Part shown: positions 25,201-37,500 of the stretch, piece after piece
How the letters are laid out: every line of letters starts with the position of its first letter
How positions within the stretch are numbered: the first letter of the stretch is position 1
NCBI GenBank assembly: GCA_003344405.1
Contig: NOWV01000030.1
Coordinates: forward strand, 558,001 to 608,624
DNA from: Trichoplax sp. H2
Taxonomy: Eukaryota
Direction of reading: 5' to 3'
DNA length: 50,624 nt
Notes under the pieces: model-generated
What the model saw: only the letters and a program-made list of their open reading frames with translations
What the model was told of the DNA's origin: nothing
The model's database searches: none
Made by a program: the position numbers and the translations under genes

Positions 25201-28200
25201 AGATGTAACGAATCTAACCTTGATCACAATTGGTTCCTGTATAACCAGGAGCACATGTACAAGAATAAGTAAATACTCCTGTAGCAGTACATGTAGCTCC
25301 GTTTTTACAAGGTGCACTTATGCGACATTTATTAGCGTCTAAAGAATAAATAAATAAATGTTAATATAGATCCTCATTACGATAACTTGTAACAAGTTGT
25401 AATTATCGGTTCAGTATTAGTTACACTGTCATAATCAGTTAAGTAACGAATTACCAGTTTCGCAATGTGTACCAGTCCAATCAGAAGGACAATTGCATGT
25501 ATATCCGTTTATTCCATCAACACATGTAGCATGGGTATGCTGACATGGATTCGATGCACATTCGTCAATGTCTAGCATTAAATAGGTAAATATCAAGTCG
25601 TGTAAGAAATGGTTAAGCTGATCTTAATTATATAAGTTTTACTTGTGGTACAGATAGCTCCAGTATATCCAGCTGCACACGTGCAATTATAATAAAGATG
25701 GTAATCGTTGCATGTTGCTCCGTTAAGGCAAGGTGTAGAGGCACATTCAGCAACATCTACAAAAGAATTAGATAAAAGTTAGACGATAAATTAGGGTAAT
25801 AAAAGTTACAGCAATTTCATTACAATGTAACAGTTTTTCTTAGCTATAGAACGCTTATTTGTTAACATAAACTGTATAATCCTATTGCAACATAATCAGA
25901 TTGTTTATATTGATTTTATTATTAAGGATGATATAAAGAAAACAAACCTTGATCGCAATTGGTTCCTGTATAACCAGAAGTACAAGTGCATTTATATGTG
26001 CTTACTCCTGTGGCAGCACATGTTGCTCCATTTTTACAAGGTGCACTTCTGCGACATTCATTAGCATCTAAAGAATAAATAAATGTTATTATAGATTATA
26101 TTTACGTTCAATTTTAACAAATGGAGTTTATATTGGCTTAGCGTTAATCAAACTGTCATACTAAGTTAAACAACAAATTACCAATGTCGCAATGTGTGCC
26201 AGTCCAGTCAGAAGGACACTGGCATGTATATCCATTTATTCCATCAAGACATGTAGCATAGACATGCTGGCATGGACTGGATGCACATTCATTAATATCT
26301 GGTATTAAATTTGCAAATATTAAGTCTTTCAGCTTATATTTAAAAGCAATCGTCTATTGCAATGAGGTGTATTTAAAGTTTGAGAATAATGATCGAAACA
26401 GGATATTAACATACTTGAACTACAATCTGATCCGGTATAGCCGTCAGCACAACTGCATGTATAACTGTTGACACCATCGACACAAGTTCCACCATTTTGG
26501 CAAGCTATACTGGCACAATCATCAATATCTAAGGATGACAGAGATGAAAACGATACATATGTAAGTGTTTTCTTTAATTTTTGCTTAAAATATCTTTTGT
26601 AACGAGTTGGATTCAGAATTCTATCGCAAGTGTATTTAAGCCATGGTATATTCTTCTAGAGAAAAATTCTTATGGAATTATTTGCAAGCTAAGTATATTA
26701 TGAACGATATGTTTCTATCTTTAATTGTGTATATTAAACCGCAATATATATGCAGATCTAATTACATATGTGAATATTTTCACTTTATCTAATTAATAAC
26801 TTTGGTTTCTTACTAGATGCGCAAGTTGATCCAGTAAAGCCAGTTACACATGCACAAGTATAAGTATTGATTCCAGTATAGGTACATGTGCCGCTATTTT
26901 GACAAGGAGTACTCGATCGACAAAGATTTCCATCTATTTTTGTAGGAATGTAGATGAGACGTTATACTAAGTATGAATTATTGTAAAACAGCAATTTGTT
27001 ATTTAATTAATCAAATCATCTAAAGCTTATTGCAGAAATCCATTCTGACAAGGTATAAATTAATTATCCGTAGATAACAGAATCTTACCGGTTTCACAGT
27101 TAGTCCCAGTCCATTCTTTGGGGCAGGTACAGGAATACGAATTGACGTTGTTATGACAAGTTGCATAAACATGTTGGCATGGATTAGATGCACACTCGTT
27201 AATGTCTATAGTTAAAAAGTAAATATTGTAGTTAGTACGTATGAATCCAATTTCTTCCAGAGTCGGCATTTTATTATATGCGTTATAAAACAATTATTAG
27301 ACTACTAGGCGATTAAAGTTACGCGTACATTCTTTATCGTAAGATAATAGTAGAAATCTTATAGTTAGTTTACGATATACCTGTTTGACAGTTTGTGCCA
27401 GTATAGCCTGTCACGCAGGAACAAGTGTAAGCATTTGCCCCATTATTTGCACATGTGCCACCATTCTGACAGGGGGCACTACGACAACTATTTAAATCTA
27501 ATTAAATTAAAACAAATAGTTCTTTAATAAGTATATAAAAATTCTTGAATTTAATGCAGACGAGTATTTCGTTAAAATATAGCTAAATACTGTCTTTTCG
27601 AATATCAATTAGGAACAAGGAATACCTTGAAAAAGTGATGGTTCAATTAATGCAAAAATTAAATTATATTTATAGGAACGCTTAAACTCGAAGTTTACTT
27701 GCACTTAGAACTGCGTTTATCTGGTTAAATGTATTTAATATCTTAGATATCGTATTTATTTGAATATTATCAGATTTATAGATGCAACTCGTGCAAGTAA
27801 TGGCGTATTCCTACCGGTGTTACAATCTGTCCCAGACCATGTACTTTCACAAGTAACAGAAACCTTTAATGTAAATTCGGATTTATTATCAGTGATGGGC
27901 CGAGAACCAGTCATGATCATTGTTGATGAAGATCCAGGTGTAACGTAAAATGTGCTTGAAAGTTTGTCAAGTAAGTCGTCAGCACCATCACTATAATCTT
28001 TATCCATAGATGTAATATGTACATTGACATAGCCCTAAAGCAAAGATCTTTGTTACTCCAAAACAAATCGATAATCCAAAATAACTTTAAGTTACATTTT
28101 TAAACACTTACTTCGTATCGTTCACTGATTGAACCTTGATAAGGATTATTTACGCCACTATCTGTTAGCGCTTGACTACTTGTGAAAGTTATAGTTTCAC

Positions 28201-31200
28201 CGCCATCCCATACTTTAGTAGTTAGAGAACCATAAGTACATGTATCATTGATATTGCCTTTATTACTGCATAAAATGAAGTAATAGTCGCATGAAGAGAA
28301 AGTATCGCATTTGCCATTATCCCAGTTGCGTTCATTCTTGTTGTAATATTTTTGAAATTCGTAAGTGACGTAAGCATGAACATCAGCTTCAACGTACTGT
28401 TATTATTTGGAAAGGTGAGAAGAAAATATTAGGTGCTTTTACTTAAATAATCGATAATTACCGATTTTGGCACTAGATACATTTATTTAAATCCGTAGTC
28501 GATATAAATAACTAAACAAGGAATTATCAGAATTACTATGCTATCTTCAGTAAAGATAGTCTTCATGATCACAATATTGTCAACAGTTCATTGTTAATGT
28601 AAAAGACATAAGCGGAAAAGGAAAAGTATAATCTAGCAATACACAGCCGCCCCTTCTGTTACAAGGCAGTGTTGATCATGGCTGTACTACGTTTTGAAAC
28701 TATAAAGTTGAAGGTTAGGCAGTTGGGCATTATGAAAATTACATTGTTAATCTTTAATTTGATGGAAGCATATTGCATTTTTACTACATTAGTAAAGAAA
28801 GGACTACTTGTAAGAATAATTTTAATCTATGATTTGTAATGCAAATTCTCCCGTAGTACTTCAACTTCTAAACTTTAAGCTTTTGACCTATGAAGTTAAA
28901 AATTACTTAATTCTTTTATATTACGATACTGTGGAATTCTAACGTATAATTGTGGGTGTATAATATGTGATATTAATACTGTATTATTAAAAGCACGTTG
29001 TCGTCGATGATGAATTTGAGTGCGAGAAAGGAATTTATTTATCTTAATACATTCTCATCCTAAAATCTGATCAGATTGATGTAGATGTCAACATAGGGTG
29101 AAATCATGTTATCTTATTGTATCTGGTATCGTTCTTTGACCAATATCTTGTATGATTGTTACCGTGATGACGAGTGTCATATCGGGCAATTGAAGCATGA
29201 ATTTTTATTATCTTTTCTGTAGGCGTGTGATATTATCTTTATCTTAAAAAGTAATCATTCTAAGAAGTGCATTCGAAGACGCCTCAGCGATAATCAGTAA
29301 CAATCGATAATGTATGATATTACTTTAATTTCTAATCTTAATTGAAGTTAGTAGATAGCATGTTTTAAAGCAGCCGTGATTACATAAAGGAACTACAACA
29401 TCTGGTAAGTGCTTATCAATTAAAATTGTGAACGACGTTATGATATACTAAAGGTATATTATCACTTCCAATAAAGATAAAGAGTAAGCTTAAGTAATTA
29501 AAATTTAGAATAGTGATTTTAATCCTTGTAGCGCCGCGTAAATTTTAAGATTCCTTCGGCATTAACTAGCTGAGTAATACTCTAGTTATAAGTCCTTGGT
29601 ACTATAAAAAGTAATATTAATCTGTATAATGATTCTACAGTCCTAAGTATCAGGATAATTATCCGGTTCATCTTAGCTGGGTGTTGTTTCTGGGTTCGAT
29701 TGATTTTCAAGTAAGAAATTACTATATATTGTTAACATTCGGTATATTTGACGTATTGCATGAGAACTAATTCATCCTCGGATGCGGGAAATTCTAGAGG
29801 TACTCCGACAAATGTACTAATTGGACTACTTTTACACAAATAATCAATACCTGACCGATATCTGGTAGTCCTTGGCTACTCTTTATTTAAGGCAAAGTAA
29901 TGATCCAAAACGACGTAGAATATTATTTGACTTTACGGTCTAACTGAAACAATGTAGATCACGATGGATCTTATTACTGAACGTAACTAAATCAAACAGC
30001 GCACGTGATGGTGCTTAGACTTCTTAAACAATCATAATTACTTATGATAGCCGATAACTGGCAACTACTAACTGCAACTCTGATGAGTTGACTGACTAGA
30101 ATCGAACCACTACTTTCGACTGTTCTTATCAGGGAGGAGAAGTGATTTACGACGGACCTCCCAGAACGTGATTCGCATAGCGGTTTAATAAACCTTTTAA
30201 ATTTGAAGGCTATATCTATATCGGTTATTCTTATTGTGAGATAAGATAGTGTTTTGTTAATTCTAGCAAATTGAACAAATGTAAGTGAAAAGAAGTAAGA
30301 GAGATCTTACAATCCTATCGATATAATATAGAAAATTTGCCAAAAGTTTTAATTACTTGGCTAACATCAGTTACTGATTAAGGCATTTTATAATAAGATA
30401 ATAGAAGTCGATATATTCTACATGTCAATGAGCTATACTACCTTGGGCTAAAGAAAAATATGTACGTTTTCGTGCACTAGAATGTTCAGTGATATTTATT
30501 GAATTACCTGTAAATTAAATAAAGCTAAAACACTTATTAATAGCAATAACTTGATATAGAGACGGATCATTTTTGTCGAAAACTGATTTGATATAATGAA
30601 CGTTGAAGAGAAGAGACTTCAATGGCTAATTAAATAAAATTGACGCTATGGATTAAATTTTAACCAGGGGCTAAGAGGATTGTAAAGATGACAAATAAGG
30701 TTTTATTATTGGTTGGGTAATATCTACTGCTGGTAACTTTAAAGTTTAATATACTATTAATTTATCACGCATTTATCTTGGTTTAGGATTATGATCAGAA
30801 TTTAATGGTACAACTTAATAGAAACGAAGTAGAAGATCTTACAATGGTTACTATGTATCTTTGAAATAAACATCTTTTGTATCAGGTCGAAAATAACTGG
30901 ATTAAAGCTGTTAGTAAACGATCTAATTAACAATGATATTGCAATTATTTTCCGGCTTAGTAAGGCTAGAACAGGTCAAAAATAATTCACTATAGTTACT
31001 ATTCATGCTTGATATAAGATACAGTAAGCAACTATCGAAAATAATTTAGCAGGATGCAAAGTCGATTTTATAGTTTTTTGCCTATGACAGGCAAAATATT
31101 TTCAAAGTTTAGGATCTTTACTATTTTAATAGAAAAGCTATTAAAGGTTTAATTGCTAGAAGTGTATTATAGTTTTCTTCCTGATACTACCTGTGATAAA

Positions 31201-31586
31201 GATTACTACTTTGACTTAATTATTCCCTTGCAATTTCTGCGATAATGACGGGCACTCAATCTTCCGGAGCATCATAATTTCCTCATTGTTAGGGATAGAA
31301 GGAGTGTCTTGAAATATTAATCGAATTTTTTTTTACGATCACTTCCGGAATAGATTACCCCATCCTTATTAAATAGCTATTAGCCACTTCATACACAAGA
31401 AAACTGCAATAATAAGACTAACTGAGATACCTTTTCAGTAATGCCGAATAAAACATCGGAGTTTTAGCGATTTACATTCAGAATATAGGATTCATAGGTT
31501 TCAGTAATACATTTTCATACCTTAAACTGGAATGCCCACAATATCGTAAGACTTAGTAACAGCAACTTAAGTCCTGTTTGTCTCAT
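10804..31586 (-). CDS. Giant single-pass membrane protein: SP-C2(MNNL)-EGFx21-DOS-EGFx21-NIDO-AMOP-VWD-cadherin-like-EGFx17-SEA-EGFx3-TM (Notch-ligand-like / MUC4-like hybrid), about 3,660 aa, 34 coding exons
   Basis: Manually spliced exons, all GT-AG and phase-compatible: 31521-31586, 28112-28396, 27815-28034, 27381-27497, 27089-27205, 26814-26933, 26415-26528, 26182-26298, 25948-26067, 25643-25756, 25455-25571, 25219-25338, 24918-25031, 24649-24765, 24393-24512, 23887-24000, 22985-23782, 21531-21644, 21338-21401, 21161-21222, 20970-21041, 20678-20794, 20457-20570, 20121-20237, 19854-19967, 19629-19745, 19284-19511, 18124-19152, 17605-17835, 17002-17124, 16729-16851, 16437-16559, 16121-16248, 10804-16032. 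Total 10,995 nt, divisible by 3, no internal stop seen. Continuity across the longer introns (28397-31520, 21645-22984) is inferred. Confidence 0.8.
20970..21401 (-). CDS. Three small exons encoding a DOS-type EGF pair (EGF1-2 of Delta/Serrate/Jagged)
   Basis: Spliced peptide [66 protein letters not shown] matches the Delta/Jagged pattern aiC..GC...hg.C..PG.C.C..GW.G..C..C....GC..G.C.....C.C..nwgG..C. Exon phases 1-2, 2-1, 1-1 are compatible. Confidence 0.8.
24176..24289 (-). pseudogene. Inactivated EGF pseudo-exon inside the hybrid gene
   Basis: 114-nt EGF exon ([37 protein letters not shown]). Acceptor is tttaa instead of ag (24290-24291), the fifth Cys is Tyr and a conserved Gly is Glu. 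The donor gtaaa is intact. Confidence 0.75.
24910..26300. repeat. Tandem duplication of a three-exon EGF unit (about 725 bp period), introns included
   Basis: Exon pairs 24918/25643, 25219/25948 and 25455/26182 are close paralogs. Introns 25032-25218 and 25757-25947 share gcaatttcatta.aatgtaacag and agaacgcttatttgtt. Confidence 0.85.
27815..28396 (-). CDS. Exons 2-3: Notch-ligand N-terminal C2 (MNNL) domain plus first disulfide module of a DSL-like region
   Basis: [28 protein letters not shown]...[11 protein letters not shown]...NNPY / [13 protein letters not shown]...DDLLDK...[20 protein letters not shown] follows the Delta/Jagged N-terminal pattern (C..FF.vC, CtyG..tTpV, NP, D.D, ending VtC....yG..C). 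Recognised by eye, no HMM run. Confidence 0.75.
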
Positions 31587-32483
31587 TTCCCGAGCTATTT
31601 GTAACTGGCTTAAAAGGCTAAAGGTTGGTAGACAAATTATGCTTTTTCTTCTGAGAAAGTGACGCTAATCTTATGCAATACACATCAAAACGTCAATGAT
31701 TTATCCTAACATCAGCAGATTTAATGAATCCAGATAGACTAGTAACAGAAACGACGAAATAGATTTAATAACTTTATGAGTTTTACACTAAAATCGCTAC
31801 CTTAAAATTGCTTTCCGACTATTGTATCAGAGTATCGAAAGCTTTCCTAATTATCACAATGCATATAATCCTTTAGGCAATATTGCTTTGTATTTAGGTA
31901 TTAATTACATACTGCGATCTACCATTAATTTGCGTAACAACTCCAGTTGCATAATATTTGTAACAGCTTTAAATCATTAAATCACGATGCCGCTGGCTAA
32001 ATTGATTGAAATGCCTACTTCCTTATTTTCTTTGTCAATTAATTATATATGCCCTTGTCTTTCTTTATCATCTACTAATTATATGCGTAATAATTGCTAA
32101 TGATTAATTTATGAAATTGGAATATGTTACTTTAAGTTTAATAAAAACTGTTAGAATAATCGCACAATAGATATTAGTAAAAAAACGGAAACCATACATA
32201 ATGCCGAAAGACTTTCTTTTTATGGTTCATGTGGAATTCAAATTGAATGATCTCTTAAATTGCATGGCAATACTTTCAGATACCCCTTGAAAAAAAAGCT
32301 GAATTTGATTTTACATGTTTTAGTTTTCTACACAAATGAAGATTAATACTCTACGGTATGTTTAGAACTAATATATTAGGGCTGGCTACCCGCTATTGAT
32401 ATATATGTGCATTGCAGGCATTTTGCAATATGTAGGCAACTTATTAAATTGCAACAATTAGTCAATTATCATAATATCGGAAA
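30861..32483. repeat. Segmental duplicate copy B; includes exon 1 and the putative promoter/5'UTR of the hybrid gene
   Basis: Colinear direct match to 7495-9047; about 0.9 kb of it lies upstream of the ATG at 31586. Confidence 0.9.
31521..31586 (-). CDS. Exon 1: signal peptide of the hybrid gene
   Basis: ATG...AAG|gtatga encodes [22 protein letters not shown] (basic N-terminus, hydrophobic core). It is phase 0 and joins YVEA-DVH of exon 2, giving a plausible VEA cleavage site. A paralogous exon of the same length lies at 8143-8208. Confidence 0.8.
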
Positions 32484-34085
32484 TGGAATGTTATCCTTTT
32501 AGAATACAGCAGACTAATTGAAATTTATAATAGATGTACATATTATAAACAACATTATTCCTGACATACATGAAAATCAAAGTTATAATTAGCAATGAAG
32601 CAGTAGTAGTCATGATAAAGTAATTATAAATAACCGCATAACATTACTTACAATAATAGTTTATCTTGCAATGGTGTTATTTTCATTCAAGCCTATGATC
32701 TCAGTCTCTACAGCCTTTTTTATGATTGTAGTTATGCGACTGAACATTCCATCACGATAACAAAACTGTAAATCAACCTTTATTTCATACGGGCCGAGAC
32801 CACTATACATGAATGGCAACCAATGTATTACACTGATTTGTTCTTATAGTAAATTACAGTATATTATTATTTGATAAATAATAGGGCAACGTTGATATAT
32901 TAAGCAGAATTACCTTGGGATTACATCCGAACTTCGTGAATAAGTAGGTAGTGTAGTACGAGATACGGATAAGCAAAATGAGTTAAGTTGTTGGCGAGTT
33001 TATTTTTAATGATCGAACAGGTCACGAAACGAATTTTATTCGCTACTGATGCATTAATATCAGAAATTTGATATGAATTTGTAGAATCACTTAATATCGA
33101 GATATTATATCAATATTATTTTCGTTCAATTTAGTAATTAAGCTATAGCACAGTATGTCTATTACACCGTGTCTACTGTTTTTACATTTAGTACATATGT
33201 GTGCGCTATGCTGCTCTATTCAAATTTCTCCTCTGTACAATCGATGAAAAAATTCTATATAGCAATAATCGTAATATACCATAGGAGGGAAAACGCTGCA
33301 AGGGCTCATTTGGTTACAAGTCACTAAGACTGTTCCACAATAGTGTATATGACAGAATTATGCTTATACTAGATCCTGACTGCCGTCTATACGTTCAAAT
33401 AAATAGCCGTACAGATAGATTCCATACGTATATAACATACAGTAAGCCATTGCAATAAAATTAGTGGTCAAACTTACTAGCTAATTCTGACTCACTGTGA
33501 AAGGGACTCGAAAGAACGTTTAAAAACAATTTTATTACTTACAAAGAGTATCAGCAGCGCTGTATATTACACTCAAACTTCTCTATTAACTAACAGACCA
33601 GGCTAATATAACAAAAGATCCGCTTATATATCCATGGATCAGGTTCTGTAGCAATAAACATGTTTTAATCTATAATCTAAGCCAAACTACTTTACAACGA
33701 CATAACAATCATTCCATACTGCACGTATTAGTTTCAATTAGTTAGTATGTACGATATAGGTCTTGACACTCTTCAATCGTACTCTTGTAATACCACCTCT
33801 TATATCAATCGCTAGTACAGAAACCATCGGGCGATTTAGCTACCTACTGTCGCCCCTAGCTAATCTCGACTTGTCAATATCACTGTCTGGCTCGCAGTTC
33901 GACCCATTAACGCAATTCCGTCTCTATTCTTACACATGGTACAGATAGTGTCCTAGTTGGTCTATTCTGTTAGCATACTATTATTCATTAAAATACTAGA
34001 GAGTTAGTCTAATTTTCCACAGCCATAATTTTTATTATCATTAAAAGGTTAACTTTCTCAAATAGCTATTGTTGAAGGCGACGTC

Positions 34086-34549
34086 TGTGATGGAGGGTTC
34101 GAAGAGTCAGATAATATGGTTTTAGTTGCCATGCAGAGAATTGCACAATGGGCTTAAGAAAAGAGGACACTTTATTGTAGATTGTAGTTAGGTACAGTGT
34201 GATAATTACGGTAGGTCAGCGTGGTAGCTGCCGTGAGTAAAGTGTGAATACTAACTGTGACTAATAATGCAACTTAACAAATCTAAGGTAGAAAACGGCA
34301 GTATTTATAGCTATGGTATTAGAACACATGCAGAGAACATGATTGTAGGATTAGATACAACATATACCATAACAGGTAATAGAATAGCAGATGATTGTAG
34401 AAAATAGTGAGGACTGTAATAACTAAATGTAGTAAGCCATATTTGAATGTGATGCGAACAGACTGTAGATATGTCTAAATATAAGATCAATACAACATGT
34501 TTATATTTAAGAGTAGAATATAGTTACAGTATATTCTAAATACACTGTA
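34086..34549. mobile_element. Putative insertion (solo-LTR-like) with 5-bp TSD
   Basis: 464 bp, starts TGTGAT, flanked by ACGTC at 34081-34085 and 34550-34554, with purine-skewed composition. The right end is TA rather than CA, and there is only one copy in the window. Confidence 0.45.
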
Positions 34550-37500
34550 ACGTCATCGACCCATACTTGGGTATTAACTTCAGGAAATGACTAGTAAAGT
34601 CGACAATTATACGAGTATAATCTTATATAAAATTCTACAAAAATGTATTTACTGCAATTGCGGTAATTAATGAAATAGGGTATACTTGTGTAATGAAATG
34701 AAAAGTGTAGAGATCAATCTACAAAACTTTAACAAACTTTGATTCTACTTTCATTGCACTCCGGTCGACTTAACGAAACTTTGACACAAAATAAAATTTG
34801 GGGAAATAATCGAACAACAATTTATTACAAAACAAAATGGAGAGAAGTATAAACCGAACAACCTTACAAATACTTAGCTTTAAGTATTAATAAATGTTAC
34901 GGTTCATAATTACCGTAAATAAAAAAAAAAAGATATTCATATTTTTTTTCTAAAGTAGAGTTGTGATATGTCAAGTCGTTAATGGATTTCCATTAACGAA
35001 TGTGTAATAAAGATTGTCATACTTGATTAGTGAGTTGTTAAGTAACAAGTCTAGTTGATTTGTTAATTGGAGTAAGAGTGGTAAACACTCAATATTAATT
35101 TACAGATATTTATTCTATACTGACTATCATAAATATATGTTATACAAAACCAAGTATATTATAAATAGAATTATGCCGATAGAAACTGGCACAGGTATAT
35201 AAGAGCGTGCCTTTAATCATAGAAGGAGGTCTGATATTACATTGCCAAGTAGTATATTCTATCGTTCGAATAAAGAGGATTTATGAAGTCATCTGGATAT
35301 ACTCATTGCTGAATAAGGTCGTATACTGAACTGGTCGAGTTGGTGAAGCTTATTAGCAACCGTATATTACGGTAGAGCGGTTACGCTAGGAATCAGATTA
35401 GTTACTTGTGCCACAAACGACGTTGTGACAATAAAATAAGTGACAGACTTAAAAACTGTCAACGACCAAACAACCTTTCAATAAGAAGAACGTTTTAACT
35501 TACGACAATTCGACCCCGAACGCCTTTTAATAAGTTCTTAATAAGAATCTTCTTCTACTCTCCCTCTAAATTTTCTAATTGCACTATCATTTATAGGCTT
35601 TGTAGAGCCGTCAGAGGTATTTAAAACTAAACATTTGCTAATCAATCGCTCTTAAGATCCGTTTTAGAAAACTACTTTGTACCATTTAAGAAAATAAAAA
35701 TCGTTCAAAGTTCAGACACAATTTACCCTACGATTCCCTTACAAAACTCTATAAAACCAAACAAGTTAACTATAAAATACATCAAACTTCACTTCTAACA
35801 TAATTTCTATTATAAATACACTATAATAGTCTAAAAATTAACCTTTAAACATCAAGATTTAGCCATAAAAATAACAGTCTAACTACTTAACAATCAACAC
35901 AACCTCTGCCAATTTCCATCTTATTTTCTGTTTTCCTTACTAAATTTTCCTAATGTGACTTTCATGTCACGTCATAAAATTCCAAAGTTTCAAATTCATA
36001 ACAAGAAGTTCAATTTTCAAAATTCAACTCTTACGATATTTTCCATGAACAAAAATCCAAAAATTAAAACAGGAAAACTATATCGGACATAAATCCGACC
36101 GGTTCCGGAATCCGAATCCGAAAGATCCGGATTTTATAAAGATCACAGTAATCGCTATATCGCTTATCAAAAAATTTTATATGACTATCACGACTACTTT
36201 TCTGACATTTGTATCGCTGAGTATTGACAATTGATGTTTTAGCGTCAGATTGTACGGTAACTGTACGATTATAGACTACATTAGAGTACTTTACCGTCCA
36301 GTAATAAATCCCCTTTCTCTAAGGATAGGGTTTTGTTACTAAGTCAAATTCCTTTACAATTTGAATAGACGACCAAACGCCCTTTCTTTAGATTAGGCAA
36401 TTGCTCTAGGGCTACTTCTATAGTTATCAATATAATACCTTGTAAAATAACGAAGAAGAAAAGATGGCGACATGATGATTTGGCAGGGTAAAGCTTAAAG
36501 ACACTATCACTTTCTAGTTATTTTCTACAGTAAAATAATACTAGTTACATACTAAACGCTATAAAGGACTGTACTTTTAGTCCTTTGCTACACTTGAATA
36601 GCATGCTATAATTATTGTAAAACAACTAAATTATTATAGTTTGATACACTGAAGTTAATAATGTTTGTATTTAGTTTTAGTAAAGTAGAAAGCATAGATA
36701 AATAATATAAAGAAAAATGTACAAGTCATACAGACGATATACAGTGCCCGAAATAGAACGAGCCCGGGGTTATGTTAGATATTTATAATATTGAGGCTAT
36801 TATCACAATAGCTTCAACCGTTTAACTAAGCAAAATTGCAGGCATTTGTAAAGGAGATTCCATAAACTAGGTTAATTAAAAGCAAATCTAAATAGAACTT
36901 TGTTGTATTCTATAGTAGTTTCAGCTAATTGCAGTAGTAATTAAAGTAGGGTAGCATTAAAAAGTAGGATAATCTACTGTACTTATAAGGTAATTTCATG
37001 ATTACTGATGATGAAATGGGCGTACTTATACTATTTGTATGATGTGTGTATAAGACCGCAGTAGTTGGCTATATAAACTGATGTTTATGTGTAATACCTT
37101 TTAATAACCGTTAGATAATACGGAATTGCGCTGGTGGAAACCAAGTCGATTACTCAGTTTATCTTAGCCATTTTCGACTGCTATTATGTGGGAAGAAAAG
37201 TGGATTCTTCTCTTGTCACGCGTTCTATTGATAGACAGACACTTTTAAGGTTAAACACGGTCTTCACCTGATCTTATGTCACGTTGAAGATTTGCTCAAT
37301 TTTAATAATTCAGATTTTGAGTTAGACGACTGCAAACCTAAGGGGTTGTAAAACCCTAGCACTACCAGTTAATTTAAAAAAGAAATTGCAAACTTTTCGT
37401 AAACATAATCTCTGAACACAATCCTATCTGATCGATGACCGTATACCAAAATAGCGAAATTTATAGTGTTACTATAAATGTTTAAGCGATTAAATCACCA

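Noticed and set aside
28480..28566. [22 protein letters not shown] as the signal-peptide exon
   Set aside because: It reaches a stop without a usable donor; 31521-31586 fits better and is conserved in the paralog.
10804..31586. Calling the gene Notch, Delta/Jagged, fibrillin or MUC4
   Set aside because: No LNR, RAM or ankyrin repeats; no complete DSL or VWC; no 8-Cys TB domains; no PTS mucin repeat. Orthology cannot be assigned by eye, so no symbol is given.
33344..34060. Possible TG..CA element flanked by AATAG
   Set aside because: An AT-rich 5-mer match is likely by chance; no extended terminal inverted repeat and no second copy.
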